Part shown: positions 8,807 to 18,448 of the stretch, in pieces
Position numbering within the stretch: position 1 is the first letter of the stretch
Layout: each line of letters starts with the position of its first letter
NCBI GenBank assembly: GCA_038231275.1
Contig: JBBRLQ010000004.1
Span: 256,001 to 320,000 of the forward strand
DNA: 64,000 nucleotides
Reading direction: 5' to 3'
Origin: Polyangiales bacterium
GTDB lineage: Bacteria > Myxococcota_A > Polyangia > Polyangiales > Polyangiaceae
Notes under the pieces: model-generated
Database searches by the model: none
What the model was told of the DNA's origin: nothing
Seen by the model: the letters and a program-made list of their open reading frames with translations, nothing else
Position numbers and translations under genes: made by a program

Positions 8807-11800
8807 CGTACGGTCCGGAGCATCGAGCGGCGCGCCGCGTCGCGGACCCCGGAGTCTGGATCGCTCAGGAGCTGGTTCAGGCGCGCGCGCACCGCTGCGT
8901 CGTCTACCGACGCGAGTACCGAGACGGCGGCGGTCCGCACGTCCGGCGATGGATCGGCGAGCGCAGGGGCGACGTGCACATGAAAGCCTGGCGCGGCGAG
9001 CGCGCCGAGCGCGACCACCGTGACGCGCCGTGACGCGGGATCGGCGCCCGACGTGAGGTGCTGCGCCAGGCGCGCCGATGCCGCCGACGCGCGCGGCTCT
9101 GCGCGTAGGGCGATCCGCGTCTCCAGCGTCGCGTGACCCCACGCGCGTCCGAACGCCGCGAGCCCCTTGGCGTCCGCCTTCCCGACGAGCGACGCGAGCG
9201 CGGCGGCGCGCACGGTGGGCGACGCGTCCTCCAGCATCGCCTCGAGCACACCCATGGCGGCGTCCGTCAGCGGGCCGCTCGCCCGATCGATCGCGGCGGC
9301 CGCGCGCGCGCGCACCGCCGCCGACGGGTCTCGCCGCAGCGGCGCGGTCCGGACCAGCGCGTCGTTCGTCCATGCCATCGCGTCGAGCACCGCCGCGCGC
9401 ACGTCCTCGCTGGGATCCTGCGCCATCTCGTCGACCAGCGCGGCCGCGTCGGGGGTCGCCAGCGCCCCGACCGCGCGCACCGTCGCCGCACGAACCGACG
9501 CTGCCGTCGAACGCGCCAGCTCGCGCAGGAGCGGCAGTGTCTGCGGATGCGCCATCCGCCCCAGCACGCGGACCGCCGGGGTCAGGAGCTCCGGCACGTC
9601 GACGCCCATCATCGAGTCGACGAACGGGCCCGGATCGTCGCGGTGCATCTCCGCGAGGGCGTGCTCCACGACCTCTTGCACCTCGGGCGCCCCGGCGCCG
9701 AGCCGCCTCGCGAGCGCCACCGCGACGTCTGGCTCCCTCCGCTCCACGAGCGCGCGCGCAGCGAGGACGGCGACCTCGGGGTTCGGATCGGCCACCGCGC
9801 GCGCGAGCGCCTTGCGCGCGAGGGCCTCATCGACCCGCGTGCGGAGCGCCTCGGCCGCGTGGAGCCTCACCGCGTCGCTCGGATCGCCCGCGAGCGCGAT
9901 CGCGAGGGCGTCCAGGCCGCGATCGGTCCGGAGGCGTCGCAACGCGGCGACCGCGACCTTGCGTGACTCGACCTCGAGGCTCGTCCGAAGCACATGCTCG
10001 TACTGCTCCGCGAGCGCCGCGGCGTTGCGCGGCGACTCGTTACCTGCGCCGGGATCCTCGATGCGGAGCATCGCGAAGAACGCTGCCCGCACAGGAGGAT
10101 CCTCACGCTCCAAAAATGCGAGGGTCTCCGCGAGGACGCCGTCGACCGCGATGGCGTCGAGCACACGGGCCAGCGAGGCTTCGGTCCCGACGAGCGCGGA
10201 GGCGACGAGGTGCGCCGCGCGGGATGCGCGCGCGCCGAGCTCGCGCACGCGCGCATCTACCGTCTCCTTGCCCATGCGCGCGAGCGCCACCAACGCGCGG
10301 TTTCGCACGAAGGCGTCGGGATCCGTCACGCGCGCCGCGAGGATGTCGAGCACGCGTTCGTCCCTCTCGCCGCGCGCGAGCGCGTTCACCACCGCGGCGC
10401 GGACGCGACCGTCGGGATCCTCGGTGACGCCGCGGAGGGCCGTGACGGCGGCCGGCGCAGAGATCTTCCCAAGCGCACCCGCCGCGGACGCGCGCAGCGA
10501 CGCGTCCTCGGACACCAAGAAGCGCGCGAGCGTCGGCACCGCGCGAGGATCCCCTGTCTTGCCGAGGGTCCACGTGATGCCGAGACGGACGTCGATCGAC
10601 GCGCTCCTCTCCAGCTCGTCGAGGCGCGCGAAGAGCAGCTCCTGCGCGCCGCGTGAGAGCGCCTCGGCGATGCGATCGCGCACTTCGGGGAGCGCGCCGC
10701 CGAGCGCGCGCAAGAGGCCCTCGAACGCCTCCGTGCTCGTCGCCGATCCGAGCGCCGTCACCGACGCCATTCGGACCTCGATGGAAGCGTCGGTGAGGCA
10801 CCCGACGAGCGCCTGCACGGTCCCCTCCCCCGCCCGACCGCCCAGGCCGGTGACCGCCCGCAGGCGCACGGTGTCGCTGGGGTCGGTCGACGCGCGGACG
10901 AGCAGGCCGTCGCCCGGCGCGCCGTCGATACGCGAGGCCAAGGTCACGACGTGCATCCGCGTAGGCACGCTGCCGTTCTCGTACGCGGCAAGGAGCGCGT
11001 CGGTGAACGGCGCCAGATCGCCGGCGGAGAGATTCGTCAGCGCTTCCACGGCCGCCTCCCTCACCGGCTCCTCGTCGTCGCGCAGACGTCCCACGAGCGC
11101 AGACGCCGACGCCGCGTCCGCGAGCTTCCCGAGCGCCTCGCAGACCGCCGCGCGCACCGGCCACGATTCGTCGAGGGCCGCGCCGAGGAGCAGCGGTCCG
11201 ACGCGCGCCGCGCGCAGCTCCCCGCACGCCCTCGCGGCCACCGCCCGGACCTCGAACCGTGCATGATGCAGGTACGACGCGACGCTGTCGACGAGGCCCA
11301 CGCGCCCGAGCTCCAGCAGGGCCGCCTCCGCGCGTTGCCGGACGTCGTGCGCCTCCGCCGTGAGCTCCCCGATGACCCGATCGAGGTACCCCACGCGCTC
11401 CAGCGCGAGCCCCGCGCGCCTCCGCACCTCCGCGTTCGGATCGCGCAGCGCCGCTTCGAGGGGCGACGTGTCGTGGATCCGCATCGTCTCGAACGCCTCG
11501 AGGGCGCGCAGGCGCGTCCCGTAGTCCGGGTCGGCGAGCGCGGCGATGAGCACGTCGATCGCGCGCTCCCCTTCGATCCGCGCGACCGCCGCCGCGGCGT
11601 GCGCGCGCACTTGCGGGGCTGGATCGCGGAGCGTCGCGCGCACGAGCGGCTGGAGGGCACGCCCATCGCCGATGGCCTCGAGCGCCTCGGCGGCAGCCAT
11701 TCGCAGCAAATCGTCGCGATCGTAGAGGCGCGCGACGAGATCGTCCGTCGCGCGGGCGTCGCCGATGCGGCCTAGAACACGCGCAGCCCACACGCGCGCC

Positions 11801-12438
11801 GGCGGGTGCGACGGAGCCACGAGCAACTCGAGGAGGGCCGGCACAGCCAGCGCACCGAACGCGACGAGCGCCTCCGCGACATTGCGCGACGAGCGCTCGT
11901 CGTTCCTCTCCAGCTCGCTCACGAGGAGCGGGATCGCGCTCGCGTCGCGCAAGCGCGCCAGCGCCGCCGCCGCCGCCACTTTGACCGACGCGTCGTCCTC
12001 GTGACGATCGCGGAGCGCGGCGACCAGCGCGGCGACCGCCGACGACGCCGCCGCGAGGCCGAGGATCTCCGCCGCGTGCGTGCGCTCGCTCCATTTGGAC
12101 GCCTCGCGAACGCGCACGGAGTACACCTCGACCAGCCCGAGCTCCGAGAAGAGCCGGCCACCCCACGCGCGCGCGGCGAGGTCGTCGCCGCGGAGGAGCA
12201 TGAGCACGGCGCGCTCGAGCGTGAGCACGTCGAAGCGTTCTTTGAGCGTCGCCATGAGCGGACCGATCGGCGCATCCCGAGCGTCCCCCAGCTGCCGCTG
12301 CGCCTCGGTCACCGCCGCGAGAGCGCGTCGCGCCCACGCGCGCCGGAGCACCTCGCGTATCAGCACCCACACCGCGGGCACGACCGTCGCGACCACGAGG
12401 GCGACGGTCATGACGAGCGCCCAAGGCAGCGTGCTCAC
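8803..12438 (-). CDS. Membrane-anchored HEAT-repeat protein (1211 aa)
   Basis: N-terminal TM helix followed by many PBS/HEAT repeats (LRDPxxxVRxxAAxALG); GTGA overlap with the upstream stop. Confidence 0.9.
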   Translation of the reverse strand: MSTLPWALVMTVALVVATVVPAVWVLIREVLRRAWARRALAAVTEAQRQLGDARDAPIGPLMATLKERFDVLTLERAVLMLLRGDDLAARAWGGRLFSELGLVEVYSVRVREASKWSERTHAAEILGLAAASSAVAALVAALRDRHEDDASVKVAAAAALARLRDASAIPLLVSELERNDERSSRNVAEALVAFGALAVPALLELLVAPSHPPARVWAARVLGRIGDARATDDLVARLYDRDDLLRMAAAEALEAIGDGRALQPLVRATLRDPAPQVRAHAAAAVARIEGERAIDVLIAALADPDYGTRLRALEAFETMRIHDTSPLEAALRDPNAEVRRRAGLALERVGYLDRVIGELTAEAHDVRQRAEAALLELGRVGLVDSVASYLHHARFEVRAVAARACGELRAARVGPLLLGAALDESWPVRAAVCEALGKLADAASASALVGRLRDDEEPVREAAVEALTNLSAGDLAPFTDALLAAYENGSVPTRMHVVTLASRIDGAPGDGLLVRASTDPSDTVRLRAVTGLGGRAGEGTVQALVGCLTDASIEVRMASVTALGSATSTEAFEGLLRALGGALPEVRDRIAEALSRGAQELLFARLDELERSASIDVRLGITWTLGKTGDPRAVPTLARFLVSEDASLRASAAGALGKISAPAAVTALRGVTEDPDGRVRAAVVNALARGERDERVLDILAARVTDPDAFVRNRALVALARMGKETVDARVRELGARASRAAHLVASALVGTEASLARVLDAIAVDGVLAETLAFLEREDPPVRAAFFAMLRIEDPGAGNESPRNAAALAEQYEHVLRTSLEVESRKVAVAALRRLRTDRGLDALAIALAGDPSDAVRLHAAEALRTRVDEALARKALARAVADPNPEVAVLAARALVERREPDVAVALARRLGAGAPEVQEVVEHALAEMHRDDPGPFVDSMMGVDVPELLTPAVRVLGRMAHPQTLPLLRELARSTAASVRAATVRAVGALATPDAAALVDEMAQDPSEDVRAAVLDAMAWTNDALVRTAPLRRDPSAAVRARAAAAIDRASGPLTDAAMGVLEAMLEDASPTVRAAALASLVGKADAKGLAAFGRAWGHATLETRIALRAEPRASAASARLAQHLTSGADPASRRVTVVALGALAAPGFHVHVAPALADPSPDVRTAAVSVLASVDDAAVRARLNQLLSDPDSGVRDAARRSMLRTVR

Positions 12439-12809
12439 CCGCCCCCGAGGAGCTTCGTGATCGTCTGGACGACGAGCGCAGGATCGGCCGGCTTGTTCAA
12501 GAACTCGCTCGCGCCGGACTGGAATGCCCAGAAGCGATCGGCCGCCTCGGTCTTGCCGGTCAGGATGATGATCGGGATCTTCGGCGCGATGCGCTTGATC
12601 GCTCGACAGGCCTGGTAGCCGTTCAGCTCCGGCATGGTCACGTCGAGGACCACGATGTCCGGCGGGTCGCGCTCGACCGCCGCGATCGCGAGCTCACCGT
12701 CGCGCGCGATCGTGGTGCGATGGCCGAGGGCTTTGAGGCGCACCTCGAGCGGCTCGAGGCCCTTCGGGTGGTCGTCCACGAGGAGCACGTGCGCCGATTT
12801 CACGCTCAT
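12435..12809 (-). CDS. Single-domain response regulator (CheY-like receiver)
   Basis: LLVDD, VLDVTMP, ILTG and FLNKP all intact; ATG 12809 overlaps the kinase stop (ATGA). Confidence 0.92.
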   Translation of the reverse strand: MSVKSAHVLLVDDHPKGLEPLEVRLKALGHRTTIARDGELAIAAVERDPPDIVVLDVTMPELNGYQACRAIKRIAPKIPIIILTGKTEAADRFWAFQSGASEFLNKPADPALVVQTITKLLGGG

Positions 12810-14230
12810 CGGCTGCCCCTGGAAGAGGGCGGCGCGCCTGCGCGCTCGGAGATGGGCCCGAGATCGATGACGGGAACGGCGCCGTGCGGGACGATGACGA
12901 CGGCGGCGCACTTCGCCAGCGCTTCCACCACCGAGTCCCGCCGCAGATCGAAGCGCCACCCCGTCCCGTCGTCCCTCTTGTGCAGGGCGTCGACGATTCG
13001 CTGCGCCGCCGCCGCGTCGTCGACGAGGACGAAGCTCCGACCTTCGCGGCTGCGCATGTCGGTCGGTAGCGTGACGACGACCGACGCGCCGGCACCAGGC
13101 GCGTCCTCCACGCGCACGCTTCCTTTGTGCTCGGCCATGATCTCGCGGACGACGGCCAGCCCGATGCCGCTCCCCGGCACGTCGCGATCACGCTCGAGGC
13201 GGGCGCCGCGCACGAAGACGCGCTCGCGCTCCGCGAGGGGGATTCCCGGTCCGGTGTCCTCCACGACGAGCTCGACGTTGCGCCGCGCGTCCGTGCCCTG
13301 ATCGCCGCGCCCTTCGGCGGCGCGGAGGTGCACCGCGACGTGACCGTCCACCGGCGCGAATTTCAAGGCGTTGACGACGAGGTTCGTCACGACCTGCTTG
13401 ATCTTGAGGGGATCGCACCACGCGGTGAGCCCGTCGTCGACGTCGAGCGTCACGGCGATCCGCTTCTGCTCGGCGACGTTGTCGAAGAGGCCGACTGTGC
13501 CACGCACGAGCTCGCCGAGGTTGCACAAAATGCGTCGTGCGGGCCCGCGCGCTCTGCCGTCTCCGCGCGAGGGCGGCGCGTCGGTCGTGGCGCGCACCAC
13601 TCCGGAGAATCGCTCGAGCAGGCTCACGAGATCGTCCGTGGCCTGGAGGATCTGCGCGACGTGCACGCGTTGCTCGTCCTCGAGCGGGCCGACGATCTCG
13701 TCGCGCAAGTTGGCGGCGTAGCCCACGATGATGCCGCAGAGCACACGCGCGTCGTGGGCCATCGACCGCGTCTCGGTGCCGACCGTGTCGAGGCGCGCGC
13801 CGGTCGCCCGCAGACGATCTTCCAGATCGCGCGCGCGCGCCGCCACCCCTGCGGCGTCGCGCCCGCGATCGAGCGCCGCCTGCGTTGCGACGAACAGCTC
13901 GCTGCCCTCGTTCGAAGGAGTCGCGATCGCCGCGGGCCCGAGCGCCGAGACGCGCGACGCGACGACACCGGCGGCCACCGACACCACGAGCGGCAGGCGC
14001 GCCGTCCGCTCGTCGCGCCGGAGCGCCGCCGACAGCGCGAGGAAGCGCTCGGGCTCGTCGCCGGCATCCAGAACGACGGCGTCGATCCCCGGCGCGCTCA
14101 GCGTCGCGAGATCGTCCACGTTGACGACGCAGCTCTCCGCGCTCGCGCCCGCGGCACGCAAGGACTCTGCGCAGCGCTCGGCGGCGATCGCGTCGATCCC
14201 CACGACCACCAGGAGCCCGTCGTCCGTCAT
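12806..14230 (-). CDS. Cytoplasmic sensor histidine kinase with degenerate receiver-like N-terminus
   Basis: H-box MAHDARVL, N-box NLVVNALKF, G1 EDTGPGI, G2 GSGIGL; no TM segment; ATG 14230 overlaps the GT2 stop (ATGA). Confidence 0.88.
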   Translation of the reverse strand: MTDDGLLVVVGIDAIAAERCAESLRAAGASAESCVVNVDDLATLSAPGIDAVVLDAGDEPERFLALSAALRRDERTARLPLVVSVAAGVVASRVSALGPAAIATPSNEGSELFVATQAALDRGRDAAGVAARARDLEDRLRATGARLDTVGTETRSMAHDARVLCGIIVGYAANLRDEIVGPLEDEQRVHVAQILQATDDLVSLLERFSGVVRATTDAPPSRGDGRARGPARRILCNLGELVRGTVGLFDNVAEQKRIAVTLDVDDGLTAWCDPLKIKQVVTNLVVNALKFAPVDGHVAVHLRAAEGRGDQGTDARRNVELVVEDTGPGIPLAERERVFVRGARLERDRDVPGSGIGLAVVREIMAEHKGSVRVEDAPGAGASVVVTLPTDMRSREGRSFVLVDDAAAAQRIVDALHKRDDGTGWRFDLRRDSVVEALAKCAAVVIVPHGAVPVIDLGPISERAGAPPSSRGSR

Positions 14231-15747
14231 CCTGTCGGTCTCGGCGCGAAGCCCTTCCGCGCGAATTTGTCCCAGCCCTGCTTCCCCTTCATGAAGTCCC
14301 AGAGCCCGCGGAGCTGCCACCCCATCAGATACTGCCGATACCCCAAGTTCGACAAAAATCCGGTGAACAAGAGGATGAGCACGTCACTCAAGCGTTCGTA
14401 TTTGAAGAGCGAGAGCCCCGCCACCGCCGCCCGGGTGCCGCGCTCGGTCGTGATGCAGAGGAGGACCGACAGCGTGCTCAAGAGGAGGTTGATGCCCATC
14501 GCGAGGGCCAGGAACGTCAGGAGCGCTTTCACGGACAGGATGCCCAGCGCCAACGTCAGGAGGAATACGACGTACCCGGCGCACTCGAGCACGGGCGCCA
14601 GCGCCTCGAAGAGGAGCTGGTACGGCAACGAGAAGAGCCCGACCTGCCGAAAGCGCGGGTTGAACATCATCACGCGGTGGTAGCTGAGCACCTCGAGCAG
14701 CCCGCGGTACCAGCGCGAGCGCTGCTTGCCGATGTCGGTGTAGTTCTCGGGTGCCTCGGTCCACGCGGTCGGAAACGGGAGGATCGAAATCTTTCCAGGA
14801 AGCTTCTTGTCGAGCAGGTACCGGTGGAGGCGGACGACGATCTCCATGTCCTCGCACACCGTGTGGACGCCTTGGCCGCAATACTCGATGCCGATCTTCG
14901 ACTGCATCGTCTTGGTCAGAAATCCGCCGATCGACAGGACCAGATCGCGTCGCATCAAGGCGAACACGCCCGAAAGAACGAGCAGCGACCGCAGCGCCGC
15001 GAACGCCATGCGCCCCTGCGCGAACGAACGCATGTACTCGACGATCTGGAAGCGCCCGATCCAGGTCTTCGGCAAGCGCATCTCGACGACGCGCCCGTCT
15101 TCCACGACGGAGCCGTTGGAGATCCCGACCTGCACACCGACCGCCACGACCTCCTCGCGATCGTCGACGATCGGCCGCGCGGCGAGGAGGAGCGCGTCGG
15201 GCGTGAGGAGGCTGTCGGCGTCCATGCTCGTGACGTAGTCCCCGCGCGCGACGTTGATGCACGCGTTGAGAGCGTCGGCCTTCCCGCCGTTCTCCTTGTC
15301 GATGAGGACGAGGCGCGTGAGCCCCGCCGGGAGCGGCCCGCGCACCTCGTAGAAGCTCCGGATGGGGGCCGTCACGAGCTGCTCGTCGTATTCGAGCTCG
15401 ACGCGCACGAAGTGGAACGCGCGTAAAAGCTCCCCGACCGTTTTGTCCTTCGAGCCGTCGTTGCAGACCACGATCTCGAACGACGGATACCGCAGCCGCA
15501 GCAGCGACCGGATGCTGTCGCAGATCGTGACCTCCTCGTTGTATGCGGGGACGAGGAGCGTCACGTGCGGAAGGAAGCGATCGTGCTCACGCGCGAGCGC
15601 AGGGCGTACGTGCTCGTTCGCCAGGACGTCCCCAATCCGCCGCGCGCTCAAGAGGCTGAACACGATGTTGATGAGGAAGAACACCAGCACGTAGGCCAGG
15701 ACGAAGGCGTCCAAGGCCCATAAAATGGCTGTGACGAGCTGCACCAC
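14227..15747 (-). CDS. Processive GT2 glycosyltransferase (PgaC/IcaA-like polysaccharide synthase)
   Basis: VPAYNEE, NDGSKD, NGGKADALN, MDADS, CEDME, QRSRW (QxxRW); N- and C-terminal TM helices; start uncertain (GTG 15747 or 15744). Confidence 0.9.
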   Translation of the reverse strand: MVQLVTAILWALDAFVLAYVLVFFLINIVFSLLSARRIGDVLANEHVRPALAREHDRFLPHVTLLVPAYNEEVTICDSIRSLLRLRYPSFEIVVCNDGSKDKTVGELLRAFHFVRVELEYDEQLVTAPIRSFYEVRGPLPAGLTRLVLIDKENGGKADALNACINVARGDYVTSMDADSLLTPDALLLAARPIVDDREEVVAVGVQVGISNGSVVEDGRVVEMRLPKTWIGRFQIVEYMRSFAQGRMAFAALRSLLVLSGVFALMRRDLVLSIGGFLTKTMQSKIGIEYCGQGVHTVCEDMEIVVRLHRYLLDKKLPGKISILPFPTAWTEAPENYTDIGKQRSRWYRGLLEVLSYHRVMMFNPRFRQVGLFSLPYQLLFEALAPVLECAGYVVFLLTLALGILSVKALLTFLALAMGINLLLSTLSVLLCITTERGTRAAVAGLSLFKYERLSDVLILLFTGFLSNLGYRQYLMGWQLRGLWDFMKGKQGWDKFARKGFAPRPTG

Positions 15748-15776
15748 GAGCGGGTCTGGCTCGAGAGTAGCGTAGA

Positions 15777-17135
15777 ATGGCGAGCAAGTTGGCGATCGCG
15801 ACGAATCGGCGGGCGACGCGCCTGGTGTGGGTCCTGGCACGACTCCTCGCGATCGCTGCGATCGGTGGCGTCGTGTCTTGGCCCGCAACCGCACGCGCGT
15901 CGGACTGCGCCGCGAGCCGTTACACGGCGGGAGCGACCACGCGCGACGCCGCGATCCTCGAGGCCGGGCAGCTCGCCGCGGCGGGGCGCTACGCCGATGC
16001 GCGCGCCGCCTACCTCGACCTCCTGAGCCGCAACGAGGACGACTCCGAGGCGCTCTACGGGCTCGCGCGCGTCGACGCGTGGCAAGGATGCGCCATGCTC
16101 GCGGAGAGCGAGTACACGCGGGTCCTCGTCGCGCACCCGAGGGACGCCGACGTGCGGGCCGGCCTCGTCGACCTCTTCGTGTGGAACGATCGCTACGACG
16201 AGGCGAGCCGCATGATCGACGAGGGCCTCGCTCTCGATCCGCGCTCACCTGCGCTGCTGGCGAGGAAGGCGCGCATGCTCGCGTGGAAGGGCGAGGCGGT
16301 GGAGGCCGCGCGCATGGCCGACGAGGCGGTGAGCCTGGCGCCGGACGACGGGGATCTCGCGGCGATGCGCGCCCGCATGTTCGTGGGGGAGGCGCGCGTC
16401 GCCGGGCGGTTGGATCTCTACCCGCCGGGCTACCAGGATCTCTACGCGCTCGGCGGTCAAGTCCTCGGGCGCGTGCGGCGCTTCGAGCTGTACGGAGGAA
16501 TCCAAGCGCTCGAACGCTACGGCGGCGCGACGTCGCGCCCGGTCCTCGACGCGCGTTATCCGTTCGGACTCCTCTACCATCCCGCGCTCGGCGTCACGCT
16601 CGGCGCCGAGATCGCGCCAGGCCTCCCCGCCAACGCGATCCCCGACGTCGCGATCAAGACCTTCGCGAACGTGCCGGTCGCGCACCGGACCTCGGCGTAC
16701 CTCGCGTACTCGTTCTGGCACTTCGGCGGCGGTGAGCTCGTGAACATCCTCAACCCGTCCGTCGAGGTGACGTTGCCGCGCGACGTTCGCGTGACCGTGC
16801 GCGGGTGGCTCTCCGCGGTGACGCTCCCCCGCCCTTCGCCGCAGACGGCGGACACGAAGATCGCCGGCGCGCTGGGACCGGCCGCGGCCTGGGACGTGAC
16901 GCCGCGCGTGACGGTCGGCGCTTGGTACACCTACGGGACCGAGCTCGATCAGAACCCCGCACTCTTCCAGCTCCTGGCGTTCCGCTCGCACCAGGTGGGC
17001 ACGTTCGGGGAGGTCTTGTTCAACCGCTTTCAGGGCGTTCGGCCGCTCGTTCAGGTCGCCCGACGCGAGGCGACGTCATCGGGCGTGTCCATTTGGACGA
17101 TCTCCTTCGAGCTCGGCGCGTGGCTGCGCTGGTGA
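15777..17135 (+). CDS. TPR plus outer-membrane beta-barrel protein (YaiO/PgaA-like exporter)
   Basis: Signal peptide, TPR-like helices (ALYGLARVDAWQG, RYDEASRMIDEGLALDP), amphipathic beta strands, C-terminal aromatic residue (FELGAWLRW). Confidence 0.75.
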   Translation: MASKLAIATNRRATRLVWVLARLLAIAAIGGVVSWPATARASDCAASRYTAGATTRDAAILEAGQLAAAGRYADARAAYLDLLSRNEDDSEALYGLARVDAWQGCAMLAESEYTRVLVAHPRDADVRAGLVDLFVWNDRYDEASRMIDEGLALDPRSPALLARKARMLAWKGEAVEAARMADEAVSLAPDDGDLAAMRARMFVGEARVAGRLDLYPPGYQDLYALGGQVLGRVRRFELYGGIQALERYGGATSRPVLDARYPFGLLYHPALGVTLGAEIAPGLPANAIPDVAIKTFANVPVAHRTSAYLAYSFWHFGGGELVNILNPSVEVTLPRDVRVTVRGWLSAVTLPRPSPQTADTKIAGALGPAAAWDVTPRVTVGAWYTYGTELDQNPALFQLLAFRSHQVGTFGEVLFNRFQGVRPLVQVARREATSSGVSIWTISFELGAWLRW

Positions 17136-17146
17136 ATCGATTTCCC

Positions 17147-17173
17147 TAAAGGTGCCCCGATCGGAGCCGTTCG
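17147..17173 (+). promoter_or_regulatory. Sigma28 (FliA/SigD)-like promoter
   Basis: TAAA-N15-GCCGTTCG against the consensus TAAA-N15-GCCGATAA, directly upstream of the FliS-like ORF. Confidence 0.5.
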
Positions 17174-17180
17174 TGGGGTT

Positions 17181-17489
17181 GTGACGATCGCGAGCCATCC
17201 TCCGCGCACGCTCGACCGGGTCCTCGGAGATCTGACGGTGGCGCGGCGTGCGCTCGCCTCAGGCGACGGTCCGACGGGAGAGGCCGCGCTCGTCCGCGCC
17301 TTCGCGCAGCTCGGTACGGCGTACGCGCACCTCGGCGCCTGCGAGCGACCCGAGGTCACGGCGCGCCTCCAGGCGGTCTACGATCTCTGCACGCGCTACA
17401 TCGGCGCCGCGGGCGTCGGCGAGACGCGCGGCATCGACGCGGCGATCCGACTCCTCGCGCCCGTCCGCGACGCGCTCGGCGAAGTCTAG
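17181..17489 (+). CDS. FliS-like small helical protein
   Basis: Pattern ARRAL..GD...L.RA...L, ARLQAVYDLC, IDAAIRLLAPVRDA resembles the flagellin chaperone FliS four-helix bundle; FliS N-terminus is missing. Confidence 0.55.
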   Translation: MTIASHPPRTLDRVLGDLTVARRALASGDGPTGEAALVRAFAQLGTAYAHLGACERPEVTARLQAVYDLCTRYIGAAGVGETRGIDAAIRLLAPVRDALGEV

Positions 17490-17528
17490 AGCACGTCTAG
17501 CTCACGACTCCGTTACGGCGACGGCCGT

Positions 17529-18422
17529 CTAGAAGTGCTGCTTCACGACGTCGAGCTTCTCGCTCTGCGGGAAGCTCAGCTTGCGCGTCGCCTTGTCGAT
17601 GCACGCGGCGACCTTGTTGTTGGTCGGCGTGATCTTCACCGACACACCCAGCACCTTGCCCGACTTCACCGCCGCGCAGATGTCCGCGTTCGCGCTGTCG
17701 GAGAGGCCGCAGCCCCCGAAGAAGGTGCTGTTCGCCATGGGCCTGCCGAGCTGATCTTTGGTCAGATCGGGCTTGCTGTTCTTCTTGCCCATGTCGATCG
17801 TCTGCGGGTTCTCGTCCATCGCCTTCTCGCAGCTCTTGCCCGTCGAGACGGCGATCTGGACGCTGAGCTCCTCGTGCGAGCCGCTCTTGGCGTCGTGATC
17901 GTAGATGGCGACGTGGATCTTGGTGCCCTCGTCGTTGATCTTGTCGAGATCCTCCCACGGGATGATCTTGTCGCCGGTGTAGCCGTGCTGGGTGTGAATC
18001 AGCGGAACCTCGACCGATTTGTTCCCCTTGCCGCGCGGGTACACGATGACGGCGTCGCGGTTCTTCACGTCGCTGCCGAGCGCGCCCATCTTCACCTCGT
18101 CGTCGGTGGCGTTGATGGTGATGCGAATGCCCTCTGGGAGCGTCTCGATCTTGATGGCGCCCGAGTAGTCGCCGTGCCCGCTGCCCGAGCACGGGACGAA
18201 CGTCTCGCTGCCGTCCTCGTCGTGGATGTCGTGGGCGTGGACCTTGTCCTTCTCGCCGCAGCTGTGCGGTGTCGGCCGCGCGACCTTCGCGATCGACTCG
18301 CCGTGGTGCTGGTCGTTGTCGGTCTTCGGTGTGGCCGGGCCGTCGGTGGCGGGCGTGCCGCCTCCACATGCCACCAGATACGAGAGCGCGCACGCCGAGG
18401 CGAGGATCGAGAGAGTTCGCAT
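17529..18422 (-). CDS. Lipoprotein with C-terminal TonB-C/AgmX-PglI-like domain
   Basis: ATG 18422, lipobox LVAC; C-terminus GKVLGVSV...VAACIDKATRKLSFP. Confidence 0.65.
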   Translation of the reverse strand: MRTLSILASACALSYLVACGGGTPATDGPATPKTDNDQHHGESIAKVARPTPHSCGEKDKVHAHDIHDEDGSETFVPCSGSGHGDYSGAIKIETLPEGIRITINATDDEVKMGALGSDVKNRDAVIVYPRGKGNKSVEVPLIHTQHGYTGDKIIPWEDLDKINDEGTKIHVAIYDHDAKSGSHEELSVQIAVSTGKSCEKAMDENPQTIDMGKKNSKPDLTKDQLGRPMANSTFFGGCGLSDSANADICAAVKSGKVLGVSVKITPTNNKVAACIDKATRKLSFPQSEKLDVVKQHF

Positions 18423-18448
18423 GGGTGGGGAGCCTACCAGAGGAAGAG

